Virus record (IMG/VR): IMGVR_UViG_3300032327_001079
Coordinates: 1-62,864 of that record
Length of the DNA: 62,864 nt
Reading direction: 5' to 3' (one strand)
Origin: a virus
Taxonomy: Duplodnaviria; Caudoviricetes
Part shown: positions 18,127 to 30,816 of the stretch, in pieces
How the letters are laid out: every line of letters starts with the position of its first letter
Numbering within the stretch: the first letter of the stretch is position 1
Position numbers and translations under genes: made by a program
Notes under the pieces: model-generated
Seen by the model: only the letters and a program-made list of their open reading frames with translations
Told to the model about the DNA's origin: nothing
The model's database searches: none

Positions 18127-21006
18127 ATGTCAATATTTAAAGATACGTTTAAAGAGGGAGTTAAAAATCAATTAAAAGCTAGACAAAAAGCCATATTTGA
18201 ACGTACTCCTGACGCTATTCAATATTTTAATGCTCGTAACTCATGGATTAGACTTACATCTAGTGTTAACGTAGGGGTAGATGATGGTAGTTTAACACCT
18301 GGGGTATCTACTTTAGCTAAAAATTATGTCTTATTAGGAGGAACACTATATAACGGAAAATTAAGATCAGGAGTAGGAAATGATAATAAAGCATATAGCT
18401 TAAATTCTACAACAGTAAATGCTGATGGTACTGTAAAACAAGAAAAAAATAGACTAGGAATACGACCAATGCCTGGTATTACATCTATTGATGTTAAATC
18501 AAAATCCGCTTATGGCTCACTAAGAGAAGTAGTTGTAAATTTTAATTGCTGGGATATGAGGCAATTAGAAGAATTAGAACTATTATATATGCGTCCTGGA
18601 TATAGTGTATTAGTAGAGTGGGGTTGGGCTCCTTATCTTGATAATAATGGAAAATTACAAAACAATATTTCATTTATTGATGATGTTTTAAATGGAGGAG
18701 TACCTAAAGAACAAATATGGAAAAACATATTTACAAAAGCCTCTAAAGATGGTAATTATGATGCTCATTATGGTATTGTAAAAAATTATAGCTGGTCTGC
18801 TAGACCCGATGGTGGATATGATTGTACTTCTACTATTATTTCCATAGGTGAGATTCTTGAATCTTTAAAAGTAAATTATACTCCTGCTGATACTAACATA
18901 CCAACTAAGGGTCTTTTTAAAACATTACCCACTCCTTTTAAAAAAGATTCAAATGTACAAAAATCATATTCACAAAATAAAATAGCAGGAATATGTAATG
19001 AATTATATCTTACTCTATTAAAAGAAGGAATAGAAAATCAAAAAGAAAAAATATTTAATGGATGGACATTCTTTAGATTTAATGTAGATATAAGCAATTC
19101 TCCAAATACAGACAGTGACTTTGATGATTCAGCTCAAATATATATTTTATTAAAAGATTTTGTTGATATTCTTAATAAACATGTAATATTACATGATCAA
19201 AATGAAAAACCAATACCTGAGGTATCAGTAAATGAAGGGGACCATATGGGAAAAGGAGAAAATAAACCTTTATTATGTTTAGCCCATCCACTCCAATTAT
19301 CTATAGATCCATCTGTTTGCTTAATTAAAAACAACGCTTGGCTTACTCCTTCAAATTTAGGATTTGAAGAAGGATTTACTGATGATTTTGATACTTTAAC
19401 TAATATATTAAACGGATTAAAAACTAGTTATTGGTATGGCAGTAACAATAATAGCTTTACCTATGATGATAAGAATCCTACTCCTCAATTAGGAGTTATA
19501 GGAAATATATATGTTAATTTAGGTTATATATATTCATTAGTTAATAATAAAAACTTAGAATCCCAAGATAAAAAGGAAAAAAACGACATTGTATTATTTG
19601 ATTTTCTTAAAAATCTAATGTCTGGTATCTCTAATGCAACCGGAAATGTAGCTACTTTTGATATATTTTCAGACCCAATTGATTCAGCTGCTAGAATAAT
19701 AGATGTAAATTATGTTGACGATCAGAAAAGACAAGAAGCGTATGATAATGCTTTTATGTTTGAATTACAAAATACTAAATCGGTAATTAGGAGTTATAAA
19801 TTCGAATCTCAAATATTTACAGATCAAACAACTATTGTTGCTATCGGAGCTCAAGCTAAAGGAGGTGCTTTAGGAGCAGATGTTAACACACTAATTGATT
19901 TTAATCAGAACTTATTTGATAGGGTAATACCTAAAAAAGAAGCCCCTGATACTCCTTCAAACACAGATTCTATAAAAGAACTTGAGGAAAAAGTTAAAAA
20001 TTTAAAAGAAAATATTAACATTATTGTTAGTTTTATTAATGAGATTGACCCTGCTTGGTATAGTTTTACAGGTAATGGAAATTACGATACAAGTAATGCT
20101 AGTAAATATAATAATGCTTTAAAAGATTTAATTAACTTTTTTAAAACATTTATAAAAAACGATAATAAAAACAGAGCAATTATTCCTACTAAATTATCTA
20201 TAGAAACAGATGGTATTGGGGGGATTGTAATAGGAAATCTATTTAAAATCCCTAATGAACTGTTACCTAGAGGGTATAGAGGAGGAGGAGTGGGACCTGC
20301 TAAAATAGCGTATACTGTTAATGGATTAGGACATTCACTTCAAGGTAATGATTGGGTAACTAATATTGATTCTCAATTTATAATTTTAGATGAACCTAGA
20401 GGTGGTATATCTTTACTCGATATGAAGAATATTAAAATTATTATTGAAACGGTTTCTGAAAATACCGTAGCAAATGCTATTAAAAAGATAGGAAATATAA
20501 AAGCAGGTGGTGATACTAAAATGATAAATGGAGTAGTAAGAAAAAATGGAGATATAGAAGACTTACTAGTATCCATAAAACCAGATTTATATAACAAACA
20601 CTACAGTAGTATAAACCAAAGTGATAAAAAGAATATTACAGATACTAAAGGAAGAATAAGGCTTCAATTCAAAGCAATGCAAAGTCTAGAAGCATTACTA
20701 ACCGATGCCTATAACAATAAAATATATATTAAAGTAAATTCAGCTTATAGAACTAGAGAAGATCAAGAAAGAATTAAAACAGATTCAATAGGAACAAAAA
20801 TTGATGCTGCAACCCCTGGAACTTCAAATCATGGTTTTGGTTTAGCAGTAGATTTAGCTAATTCTAGTGGAGGTAGAATTAATCCTATTACTACTCCTAA
20901 AGAATGGAAATGGATTCAAGAAAATAAAGGTAAATATGGATTTGAAAATATTCCTGGTGAGGAATGGAATACTAGTGAGTCTCACCACTATAACTTTATA
21001 ATATGA
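18127..21006 (+). CDS. Baseplate hub-like protein with C-terminal M15 (VanY-like) Zn peptidase
   Basis: RPMPGITS, YMRPGYSVLVEWGW in N-terminus; C-terminal SAYR...Q, PGTSNHGFGLAVD, ESHH. Confidence 0.8.
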   Translation: MSIFKDTFKEGVKNQLKARQKAIFERTPDAIQYFNARNSWIRLTSSVNVGVDDGSLTPGVSTLAKNYVLLGGTLYNGKLRSGVGNDNKAYSLNSTTVNADGTVKQEKNRLGIRPMPGITSIDVKSKSAYGSLREVVVNFNCWDMRQLEELELLYMRPGYSVLVEWGWAPYLDNNGKLQNNISFIDDVLNGGVPKEQIWKNIFTKASKDGNYDAHYGIVKNYSWSARPDGGYDCTSTIISIGEILESLKVNYTPADTNIPTKGLFKTLPTPFKKDSNVQKSYSQNKIAGICNELYLTLLKEGIENQKEKIFNGWTFFRFNVDISNSPNTDSDFDDSAQIYILLKDFVDILNKHVILHDQNEKPIPEVSVNEGDHMGKGENKPLLCLAHPLQLSIDPSVCLIKNNAWLTPSNLGFEEGFTDDFDTLTNILNGLKTSYWYGSNNNSFTYDDKNPTPQLGVIGNIYVNLGYIYSLVNNKNLESQDKKEKNDIVLFDFLKNLMSGISNATGNVATFDIFSDPIDSAARIIDVNYVDDQKRQEAYDNAFMFELQNTKSVIRSYKFESQIFTDQTTIVAIGAQAKGGALGADVNTLIDFNQNLFDRVIPKKEAPDTPSNTDSIKELEEKVKNLKENINIIVSFINEIDPAWYSFTGNGNYDTSNASKYNNALKDLINFFKTFIKNDNKNRAIIPTKLSIETDGIGGIVIGNLFKIPNELLPRGYRGGGVGPAKIAYTVNGLGHSLQGNDWVTNIDSQFIILDEPRGGISLLDMKNIKIIIETVSENTVANAIKKIGNIKAGGDTKMINGVVRKNGDIEDLLVSIKPDLYNKHYSSINQSDKKNITDTKGRIRLQFKAMQSLEALLTDAYNNKIYIKVNSAYRTREDQERIKTDSIGTKIDAATPGTSNHGFGLAVDLANSSGGRINPITTPKEWKWIQENKGKYGFENIPGEEWNTSESHHYNFII

Positions 21007-21521
21007 GAATACCAGCAAACATAATAACAGAAAATAAGTATACTATTGGTAAAGAATATATTGATAAAAAAACACATAAACTTTATCAAGGATATTATTA
21101 TGAATTAAATAATAAATTTTTTGCTGGAAAAGAATTTAATAATAATGCTCCTGAACTTATAAAAATAAAGTCTAGTCAAGTTAATAATTTACTTCTTCAA
21201 GCTGCTACTTATGTTTTCGGTAGTTTATCTAAAGTAAAATTAACTGATCAAAAAATACCATCTTTTTTCTTTAAATATGAAAGTAATGTTAGATATTTTA
21301 CAGCTAAATTCAACGCAAAATCATTAATTAAAGAAATAAGTAAAGAAACCTTTGATCAAATCCAAAATAATCCTTTATATTTATCTGTTTCTTTATCATA
21401 CGATGGGGGTTTTAGTGATAAAGAATTAAATGAAGCTGAAATTAAAATACCGGGAATAAAAACATTCGTTAATACTTCTTATACTAATCCTTCTGTAGAA
21501 GAAAGTGGTTTGATAGGCTAA
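21003..21521 (+). CDS. Hypothetical protein
   Basis: 172-aa ORF, YT.G.EY...YQGYY motif. Confidence 0.6.
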   Translation: MRIPANIITENKYTIGKEYIDKKTHKLYQGYYYELNNKFFAGKEFNNNAPELIKIKSSQVNNLLLQAATYVFGSLSKVKLTDQKIPSFFFKYESNVRYFTAKFNAKSLIKEISKETFDQIQNNPLYLSVSLSYDGGFSDKELNEAEIKIPGIKTFVNTSYTNPSVEESGLIG

Positions 21522-21539
21522 ACTTTTATCTTATATTTA
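21509..21539 (+). promoter_or_regulatory. Bacteroidota-type -33/-7 promoter
   Basis: TTTG-N19-TATATTTA upstream of PolA-like gene. Confidence 0.55.
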
Positions 21540-21557
21540 ATTCAAAGGTTATGAAAT

Positions 21558-22859
21558 ATGTTTTATATTATAGAAAGATCCGATCAACTACAACAGCTAA
21601 AATCGTTTGATGATTGCTTTATTAGTTTTATTCCTAAAAACAATAACTATCATCCCTCACTTACATCATTAAGTTTAATCTATATTAGACCTATTGATGG
21701 GAAGAAAGGTTATATGTTATGTTTAGACCACAACGAATCATTTAGTTTAAATCAAACTGAAGTATTTAACTGGTTAGTAAATAACACTAATAAGTTATGG
21801 GTGCTAGATAAGAAAGAATCAATGCATTGGTTCCTATATCCCGAAAAGTTATTTGATATTCATTTAATAGAATTTGTTGATTTAACAGAAGCATTAAGTA
21901 ATAGTTGTATTAATTATTATTATACTAATCATACTAATTTACCTAATGTAAATTGTTTAATTCCAATTAGTAAACATTATGAGGAGTGTGAAGCCATATT
22001 CAAAGCATCACTTCCAACAATACAAAAATACACATTAACTAATACACAATTCCAATTTCAAAATTTTAGAACAACAGAAGTATTCTATCAAATTGAAAAA
22101 AACGGCATTAAATTAGATAAAAACTGCTTTATAAACTACTATAAAGGTAAGTTACAATATCCCGAATTTAATCTATCTAGGAGCAGAATATATACTCAAT
22201 ATAATTTATACAATACCACTTCGCGCCCATCTAACACATATAATAGTATTAATTTTGCAGCATTAAACAAAGAAGACGGCGAGCGTATCTGCTATAAGCC
22301 CGACAATGACATGTTTATAGAAATTGACTTTCAAGGTTATCACCCACGTTTAATAGGTGAAATGATTGGGTTTGAATTTCCTAAAGACCGTAACACATAT
22401 GAAGTATTAGGTGAATTGCTAGGTGTATCTCAACAAGAGGCTAAAGAATTAACATTTAAACAATTATATGGTGGTATATGGTCTGAATATCAAGATAAAC
22501 CATTCTTTAAAGAAGTAGCAATGTATATTGATGATATGTGGGACACGTACCAACATAGTGGACACGTTAAAACTGAAAATAAAACATTTATACGTGACCA
22601 ACTTGATAAAATAACACCACAAAAATTATTTAATTATATAGTTCAAAGTAAAGAAACATCAACTAATGTTGAATTATTAGAATTAGCATTGAATTATTTA
22701 AAAGATAAAAAAACCAAAATAGTACTATATACCTACGATGCATTTTTGTTTGACTATGCTGAAGAAGATGGAAATATACTACCAGAATTAATAAATATAC
22801 TGGAATATCCGGTAAGTATCAAACAAGGAACATCATATCACGGTTTAACTAAAATATAA
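21558..22859 (+). CDS. Compact, divergent family A DNA polymerase-like protein
   Basis: TTSRPSN, motif A IEIDFQGYHPRLI, motif B AKELTFKQLYG, NY.VQ, motif C LYTYDAFLFD. Confidence 0.75.
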   Translation: MFYIIERSDQLQQLKSFDDCFISFIPKNNNYHPSLTSLSLIYIRPIDGKKGYMLCLDHNESFSLNQTEVFNWLVNNTNKLWVLDKKESMHWFLYPEKLFDIHLIEFVDLTEALSNSCINYYYTNHTNLPNVNCLIPISKHYEECEAIFKASLPTIQKYTLTNTQFQFQNFRTTEVFYQIEKNGIKLDKNCFINYYKGKLQYPEFNLSRSRIYTQYNLYNTTSRPSNTYNSINFAALNKEDGERICYKPDNDMFIEIDFQGYHPRLIGEMIGFEFPKDRNTYEVLGELLGVSQQEAKELTFKQLYGGIWSEYQDKPFFKEVAMYIDDMWDTYQHSGHVKTENKTFIRDQLDKITPQKLFNYIVQSKETSTNVELLELALNYLKDKKTKIVLYTYDAFLFDYAEEDGNILPELINILEYPVSIKQGTSYHGLTKI

Positions 22860-22865
22860 ATATTT

Positions 22866-23282
22866 ATGACGGACAATATATTTTTCGATTTGAATAAGCT
22901 ATTCTGTACTTTTACCACTCCAGACGAATTAGATACGGTTCTTGCCGATATCAATCGCCGATATACAATAATGTATAATAAAATATTCGTGCTTGAATCA
23001 CCTCAAAGCAAAGAATTAATATGTACATATAATATTGATATGGGCAACACATCAGATAGTCCATTAAATAACACAATATTACTTCATCGTAAGAAGGAAT
23101 CAAATACATTATATACAATCAATGCTCTCAATGCATTAATTAGAACATTAAATGACGGTATATTAGATACTAGATTTATTGTTAATTGGTCTGACTATAA
23201 AAATTGTATACTACTCAATAATGGTCCTGAATTACGCCGTTTAGATACTGCTATTTATAAAATTATAGATCTCAATAAATAA
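22866..23282 (+). CDS. Hypothetical phage protein (true start possibly TTG at 22890)
   Basis: NKLFCTF, LHRKKESNTLYTINALN; the ATG overlaps an ATATTTAT box (22860-22867). Confidence 0.65.
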   Translation: MTDNIFFDLNKLFCTFTTPDELDTVLADINRRYTIMYNKIFVLESPQSKELICTYNIDMGNTSDSPLNNTILLHRKKESNTLYTINALNALIRTLNDGILDTRFIVNWSDYKNCILLNNGPELRRLDTAIYKIIDLNK

Positions 23283-23314
23283 TTTGGCGGTCTAAATTAA
23301 GGTTCTTATATTTA
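23283..23314 (+). promoter_or_regulatory. Bacteroidota-type -33/-7 promoter
   Basis: TTTG-N20-TATATTTA upstream of SSB. Confidence 0.6.
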
Positions 23315-23332
23315 ATTCTAAAATAAACAGTT

Positions 23333-24166
23333 ATGGATTTAAACATCGCAAAACAGAAGCTTGCTGCTTCACAAAACAAAGGTGGTCAACAACGCGAGCG
23401 TATTGATTACACCAAAATTTTCTTTAAACCTAAAGCGGGTAAGTACCAAGTACGTATTCTACCAAGCAAATTTGACAAATCATGGCCTATCCGTGAAGTA
23501 CAATTTCATTATGGATTTGCTAAAGGACCAATCTTGTCATTGACAAACTGGAATGAAGCTGATCCAATTGCTGACTTTGCAAAACAACTTCGCAAATCAG
23601 GTGATAAGGAAGATTGGCAATTAGCAAACAAAATTTCACCTAAATCACGTTTCTTTGCTGCTGTAATCGTACGTGGTGAAGAGCATTTAGGTGTTCGTTT
23701 ATGGGAATTTGGTAAATTAACTCACGATCAACTTCTTGGTATTGCTGCTGATGATGATTATGGTGATTTTACAGACATCACAGATGGTAGAGATTTCACA
23801 ATTGAAGCAACTGAAGACGTCATTGCTGGTAGGAAAGGTATTAAGTGTAATCTTCGTATTAAACCTAAAACCACCCCAATTTCAGAAGACGGTGCTTTAG
23901 TAACTAAATTGCTTGAAGAACAACCAGACATCTTGGGTATTAATCGTAAGTATTCTTATGATCAACTTAAAGATGTATTAGCTAAATGGTTGAATCCTGA
24001 AGAAGAAGCCGCTGCAACTGAAACCCCAATCGCATCTAAAGATGAGGATGAAGAAGACGATTTTATTACTGAAATGAACAAACCAGTAACACCAGCTTAC
24101 TCACTCGAAACGCCTGCTGCTAAAACTAGCAATGCAGACAAATTTAATGACCTATTTAACGATTAA
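23333..24166 (+). CDS. Single-stranded DNA-binding protein (T4 gp32-like)
   Basis: FKP..G...VRILP, FHY, W.FGK, D.TD...GRDF, acidic tail ending DLFND. Confidence 0.85.
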   Translation: MDLNIAKQKLAASQNKGGQQRERIDYTKIFFKPKAGKYQVRILPSKFDKSWPIREVQFHYGFAKGPILSLTNWNEADPIADFAKQLRKSGDKEDWQLANKISPKSRFFAAVIVRGEEHLGVRLWEFGKLTHDQLLGIAADDDYGDFTDITDGRDFTIEATEDVIAGRKGIKCNLRIKPKTTPISEDGALVTKLLEEQPDILGINRKYSYDQLKDVLAKWLNPEEEAAATETPIASKDEDEEDDFITEMNKPVTPAYSLETPAAKTSNADKFNDLFND

Positions 24167-24168
24167 TA

Positions 24169-25278
24169 ATGGCAAAAAGTAAAGACAGTTTAACGTCAGT
24201 AGTATCTGAATCACTTAAAAAGTCTTTTGACATTGATGCCTTTAAGAAATCTAAATTTCTAGATCAAGCATCAAAGTTTAAAAAGCAAAGATGGATTCCG
24301 TTTTCATCTGCTGTAGCTGATGCTCTATCCATTCCTGGAATTCCAATGGGACATGTTTCCATTGCCCGTGGAGGATCTGATACTGGAAAAACCACATTGA
24401 TGATTGAGACAGCAGTAGCTGCTCAGAAGATGGGTGTATTGCCCGTCTTCATCATCACTGAGATGAAATGGGATTTCGATCATGCTCAAAAAATGGGATT
24501 TCAACTCGATGCAGTTCCAGATGAGGAATCAGGTGAAGTAGTAAATTATAAAGGATTCTTCCTATATGTTGATAGATCATCTCTTAACACAATTGAAGAT
24601 GTATCTGCTTTTATTGCAGATATCCTTAACGAACAGTCAAAAGGTAAACTACCATATGATCTGTTATTCCTTTGGGATTCAGTAGGCTCAATTCCATGCG
24701 ACATGAGTGTTAAACAAAATAACAACAATCCAATGTGGAATGCTGGAGCAATGGCTACGCAGTTTGGTAATTTTATCAACCAGAAATTTCCAATGTCTCG
24801 TAAGGAAACATACCCTTATACAAATACATTCTTTGTAATTAATAAAACAGGTGTACAACCAGCATTAACTCCTATGAGTCAACCTCGTATGACAAATAAA
24901 GGTGGTAATGCAATGTATTGGGATGCTTCAATTGTAATTACATTCGGCAACGTAACTAACAGCGGTACTTCTAAAATCCACGCACAGCATAAGGGTAAAA
25001 AAGTAGAATTCGCTAAACGTACCAAAATGTCGATTGATAAAATCCACGCTGATTGTGGGGTAGCAACCACTTCAACTGTGATTGTAACACCTCATGGTTT
25101 TATCCCTGATGATAAGGATGAAGAGAAAGCATACAAAGCAGCTCACGCATCCGAATGGTTTGGAACTAACGTTAATGTGGATGAAATTCAAATCACAGAA
25201 GATAATAGCGAATGGGAAGAAAGTAGAAGCATATCCCCTATGATAGAGATAGATAATGATGAGGTAGAAGTTAAATAA
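24169..25278 (+). CDS. uvsX: RecA/UvsX-like recombinase
   Basis: Walker A GGSDTGKTT, Walker B LFLWDSVG, KGG.A motif. Confidence 0.85.
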   Translation: MAKSKDSLTSVVSESLKKSFDIDAFKKSKFLDQASKFKKQRWIPFSSAVADALSIPGIPMGHVSIARGGSDTGKTTLMIETAVAAQKMGVLPVFIITEMKWDFDHAQKMGFQLDAVPDEESGEVVNYKGFFLYVDRSSLNTIEDVSAFIADILNEQSKGKLPYDLLFLWDSVGSIPCDMSVKQNNNNPMWNAGAMATQFGNFINQKFPMSRKETYPYTNTFFVINKTGVQPALTPMSQPRMTNKGGNAMYWDASIVITFGNVTNSGTSKIHAQHKGKKVEFAKRTKMSIDKIHADCGVATTSTVIVTPHGFIPDDKDEEKAYKAAHASEWFGTNVNVDEIQITEDNSEWEESRSISPMIEIDNDEVEVK

Positions 25279-25283
25279 ACAAA

Positions 25284-26309
25284 ATGAAGAGTAAATATGA
25301 ACACTTACTCTCTAATGTACAACCAGATTTTCGCAAAGAATTAAGTTCAATTTTAATCATAGACGGCCTCAATACATTTTTGAGGTCGTTTACTATGATT
25401 AATCATTTAAATCCTGATGGTCACCATATTGGCGGCCTTACAGGATTTCTTAAATCTATCGGTTATGCTATACGCATGTCTGATCCAACTAAAGTGGTTG
25501 TAATATTTGATGGTATTGGAGGGTCAAACGCAAGACGAAATTTATATCCTGAATATAAGGCAAATCGTAATTCTAGCCGTATAACTAATCACAATATCTT
25601 CTCATCTAAAGATGAAGAGAGTGAAAGTATTAACAATCAAATATCACGTTTGATTCAATACTTACAATGTTTACCTGTTACAGTTATTAGTATTGATGGA
25701 TTAGAGGCAGACGATATTATTGGTTATTTAGCTAATAAATTTCAGGCACATGATGAAACCCAAAAGGTAACTATTATGTCTGCTGATAAAGACTTCCTAC
25801 AACTAGTATCAGATAAAGTTCATTGCTATTCTCCTACTAAAAAAAAAATATACACACCTAAAGATGTGTTAGAAGAATTTGGTGTTAGTAGTAGTAATTT
25901 TCTTAATTATAAAATACTAATGGGAGATACATCTGATAATATTCCTGGTATTACTGGTTTAGGTCCTAAAAAACTAATTAAGTTATTTCCTGAATTAATA
26001 AGTAATACTAAAGTAGAATTAGATGAAATTATTAGTTCGTCAGCAGATAAGATAGATGAAAATAAACTATATCTGTCAGTTGTAGAAAGAAGACATCAAC
26101 TACTAATTAATCATCAGCTGATGTCTTTAAATGGTAGTTTCTTATCACCAGAGAATAAACAATTAGTTAAAGACGCATTTAATAATTCATACGAATTAAA
26201 TATACCGATATTTTTGCAGTTGTATCACAATGATAAATTAGGTGAAAGTATTCCTAATACTTCGTCGTGGTTAACTCAATTATTTGGTTATCCAAATTCT
26301 TTCAAATAA
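25284..26309 (+). CDS. 5'-3' exonuclease / RNase H (FEN family)
   Basis: IIDGLN, FDG, YKANR, EADDIIG, SADKDFLQL, GDTSDNIPGITGLGPK. Confidence 0.92.
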   Translation: MKSKYEHLLSNVQPDFRKELSSILIIDGLNTFLRSFTMINHLNPDGHHIGGLTGFLKSIGYAIRMSDPTKVVVIFDGIGGSNARRNLYPEYKANRNSSRITNHNIFSSKDEESESINNQISRLIQYLQCLPVTVISIDGLEADDIIGYLANKFQAHDETQKVTIMSADKDFLQLVSDKVHCYSPTKKKIYTPKDVLEEFGVSSSNFLNYKILMGDTSDNIPGITGLGPKKLIKLFPELISNTKVELDEIISSSADKIDENKLYLSVVERRHQLLINHQLMSLNGSFLSPENKQLVKDAFNNSYELNIPIFLQLYHNDKLGESIPNTSSWLTQLFGYPNSFK

Positions 26310-26318
26310 ATTTAGGTT

Positions 26319-27695
26319 ATGACAACATTAAGCAAATTAAATCAGTACGGACCGGTATTCCAAGTAAAAGTATTAGGAGCTCTACTAACACAACGACAAT
26401 TCCTAATTAATATTATCGATTCACTTGATTCCGAATATTTTGAATCATCAGCACATAAGTGGATTGTAGAGTACATTCAAAAGTACTTTGCACAATATCA
26501 TACTACACCAACAGTAGAAACACTATCAATTGAGGTAAAGAAGCTAGAAAATGAAGTACTAAGAATATCAATTGTAGAAGCACTTAAAGAAGCCTACAAA
26601 ATGGCTGATCAAAGTGATCTAGAATGGGTTGAATCTGAATTTAGCTCATTCTGCAGAAATCAACAAGTAAAGTCAGCTATCCTTAATTCAGTACAGCTAC
26701 TTGAAATGAATGATTTCGATAGTATCCTTCAACTAATTAGTAAAGCTGTAAAATCAGGTGAGGATAAAACAATCGGTCTTGATTATAATTTAGATATTGA
26801 AGCTAGATATCGTGAAGATGATAGAAATACTATACCATTTCCCTGGCCTGTATTTAATGAAATAACACAAGGTGGATATGGTAAAGGTGATCTAGTATTA
26901 GTGTTTGGTAATCCTGGTGGTGGTAAATCATGGGCTGTAGCTGCTATGGGCGCTTACGCTGCATCATTAGGTTTTAATGTAGTACATTATTCACTTGAAT
27001 TAGGTGAAGGATATGTAGGTAAACGTTATGATGCTATATTCTCTGGTATTGATGTGGATAAATTAAAAGATCATCGTACAGAGGTAGATGAAATAGTGGG
27101 TAAAGTCAAGGGCAAAGTAATTATTAAAGAATACCCACCTAAAAGAGCATCATTTGACACGATAGAAGCACATTTACAGCAGTTAGAGCATCAAAACGAT
27201 TTTAAACCGGATATGATCATTATAGACTATCTAGATTATATGCGTACTAAAGGTAGAAAAGATCGTAAAGATGAAATCGATGATGTTTATGTTGCAGCTA
27301 AAGCATTTGGTAAAGAACGCGGTATACCTATTATATCACCATCACAAGCAAACCGTACAGCAGCTAAATCTGATATTATTGAAGGTGATAATGCCGCTGG
27401 TTCATATGACAAAATTATGATTGGAGATATTATCTTATCATTAGCACGTAAACGTAAAGACAAAATCGAAGGTACAGGAAATTGGCATATAATGAAAAAT
27501 AGGTATGGAGCCGACGGAATGACGTTTAGATCTAGAATAAATACATCAAATGGATATATTGATATAGATGATAGTCCCGTAGATGACGACAACATTGAGA
27601 CAAGCTCCAACAACAAACCTGTAAATGATTTTTCAGGAGTAGGAATTGAAGATAGACAAATGCTTCATAAGAAATTCTTTAAACTTGAAGGTTAG
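26319..27695 (+). CDS. DnaB-like replicative helicase (T4 gp41-like)
   Basis: GNPGGGKS, SLEL, IIDYLD, SQANR, KNRYG. Confidence 0.9.
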   Translation: MTTLSKLNQYGPVFQVKVLGALLTQRQFLINIIDSLDSEYFESSAHKWIVEYIQKYFAQYHTTPTVETLSIEVKKLENEVLRISIVEALKEAYKMADQSDLEWVESEFSSFCRNQQVKSAILNSVQLLEMNDFDSILQLISKAVKSGEDKTIGLDYNLDIEARYREDDRNTIPFPWPVFNEITQGGYGKGDLVLVFGNPGGGKSWAVAAMGAYAASLGFNVVHYSLELGEGYVGKRYDAIFSGIDVDKLKDHRTEVDEIVGKVKGKVIIKEYPPKRASFDTIEAHLQQLEHQNDFKPDMIIIDYLDYMRTKGRKDRKDEIDDVYVAAKAFGKERGIPIISPSQANRTAAKSDIIEGDNAAGSYDKIMIGDIILSLARKRKDKIEGTGNWHIMKNRYGADGMTFRSRINTSNGYIDIDDSPVDDDNIETSSNNKPVNDFSGVGIEDRQMLHKKFFKLEG

Positions 27696-27748
27696 TTAAG
27701 ATATATACTATATTTATAACTACAACAATAAAATTTAAAATAAAAAAA

Positions 27749-29971
<2,223 letters not shown>

Positions 29972-29982
<11 letters not shown>

Positions 29983-30187
29983 TTTTGAAACAGCAGGTGC
30001 AATTATAGGAGTTATAGGTAGTATATGTATGATACTATTAATACTAGGATACCCAGTTATGTGGTTATGGAATTGGCTAATGCCTACTGTATTTAATTTA
30101 CCTGAAATTACATTCTGGCAAGCAATAGGGTTAAATTTACTATCAACTATCTTATTTAAATCAACAACAACAAAAAATAAAGATTAA
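29972..30187 (+). CDS. Small membrane protein
   Basis: Hydrophobic; LWNWLMP..F.LPEITFWQA. Confidence 0.65.
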
Positions 30188-30188
30188 A

Positions 30189-30656
30189 ATGTTTCAATCA
30201 ACAAAACTATTTGATGGTTTTAGTTGTGTGTTTCGTCAATGGAAAGCAGAAGGAACACACTGCCGCTTCCTCCACGGTTATGGAGTATCATTCAGAGTAT
30301 GGTTCGAAGGTGAACTAGACGAACGTAATTGGGTTTGGGATTTTGGAGGTATGAAACGTGCTAATGGTACTATTGACGGTAAGAATCCTAAAGCATGGAT
30401 GGATTATATGTTTGATCATACTACAATCATTGCTGAAGACGATCCGGGAATGGGTGGTTTTAAAACAATGGATCAACTAGGTATAATTCAACTTAGAATT
30501 ATTCCTGCTGTTGGAGCAGAACAATTTGCTAAGTATATCTTTGAAAAATTAAATGCGTTTATTCAAGAAGAAACAAGTGGTAGAGTTAAAGTAGCGAGAG
30601 TAGAATTTATGGAACACGCTAAAAATACTGCCATATATGAAGAAAAAAATAATTAA
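30189..30656 (+). CDS. queD: 6-carboxytetrahydropterin synthase (QueD)
   Basis: CRFLHGY, WVWDFG, FDH, AE motif, C-terminal E..KN.A. Confidence 0.85.
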   Translation: MFQSTKLFDGFSCVFRQWKAEGTHCRFLHGYGVSFRVWFEGELDERNWVWDFGGMKRANGTIDGKNPKAWMDYMFDHTTIIAEDDPGMGGFKTMDQLGIIQLRIIPAVGAEQFAKYIFEKLNAFIQEETSGRVKVARVEFMEHAKNTAIYEEKNN

Positions 30657-30816
30657 AAAAAAACATGATTTAGTAGCTCCACCTCCATACACTGAAGGTC
30701 ATTGGGAAGATGAGTTTGAATATTATACAAACTATCAACCAACAAGTAATAATGGAAAATGGTGGGCTACAATTCAAATAGAAAAATTAAAGAAGAAATT
30801 AAATCGTTGTAAATGA
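30637..30816 (+). CDS. Small hypothetical protein (59 aa; not in ORF track)
   Basis: MKKKIIKKKHDLVAPPPYTEGHWEDEF...; fills the queD to TGT-like gap with ATGA overlap at 30813-30816. Confidence 0.55.
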   Translation: MKKKIIKKKHDLVAPPPYTEGHWEDEFEYYTNYQPTSNNGKWWATIQIEKLKKKLNRCK

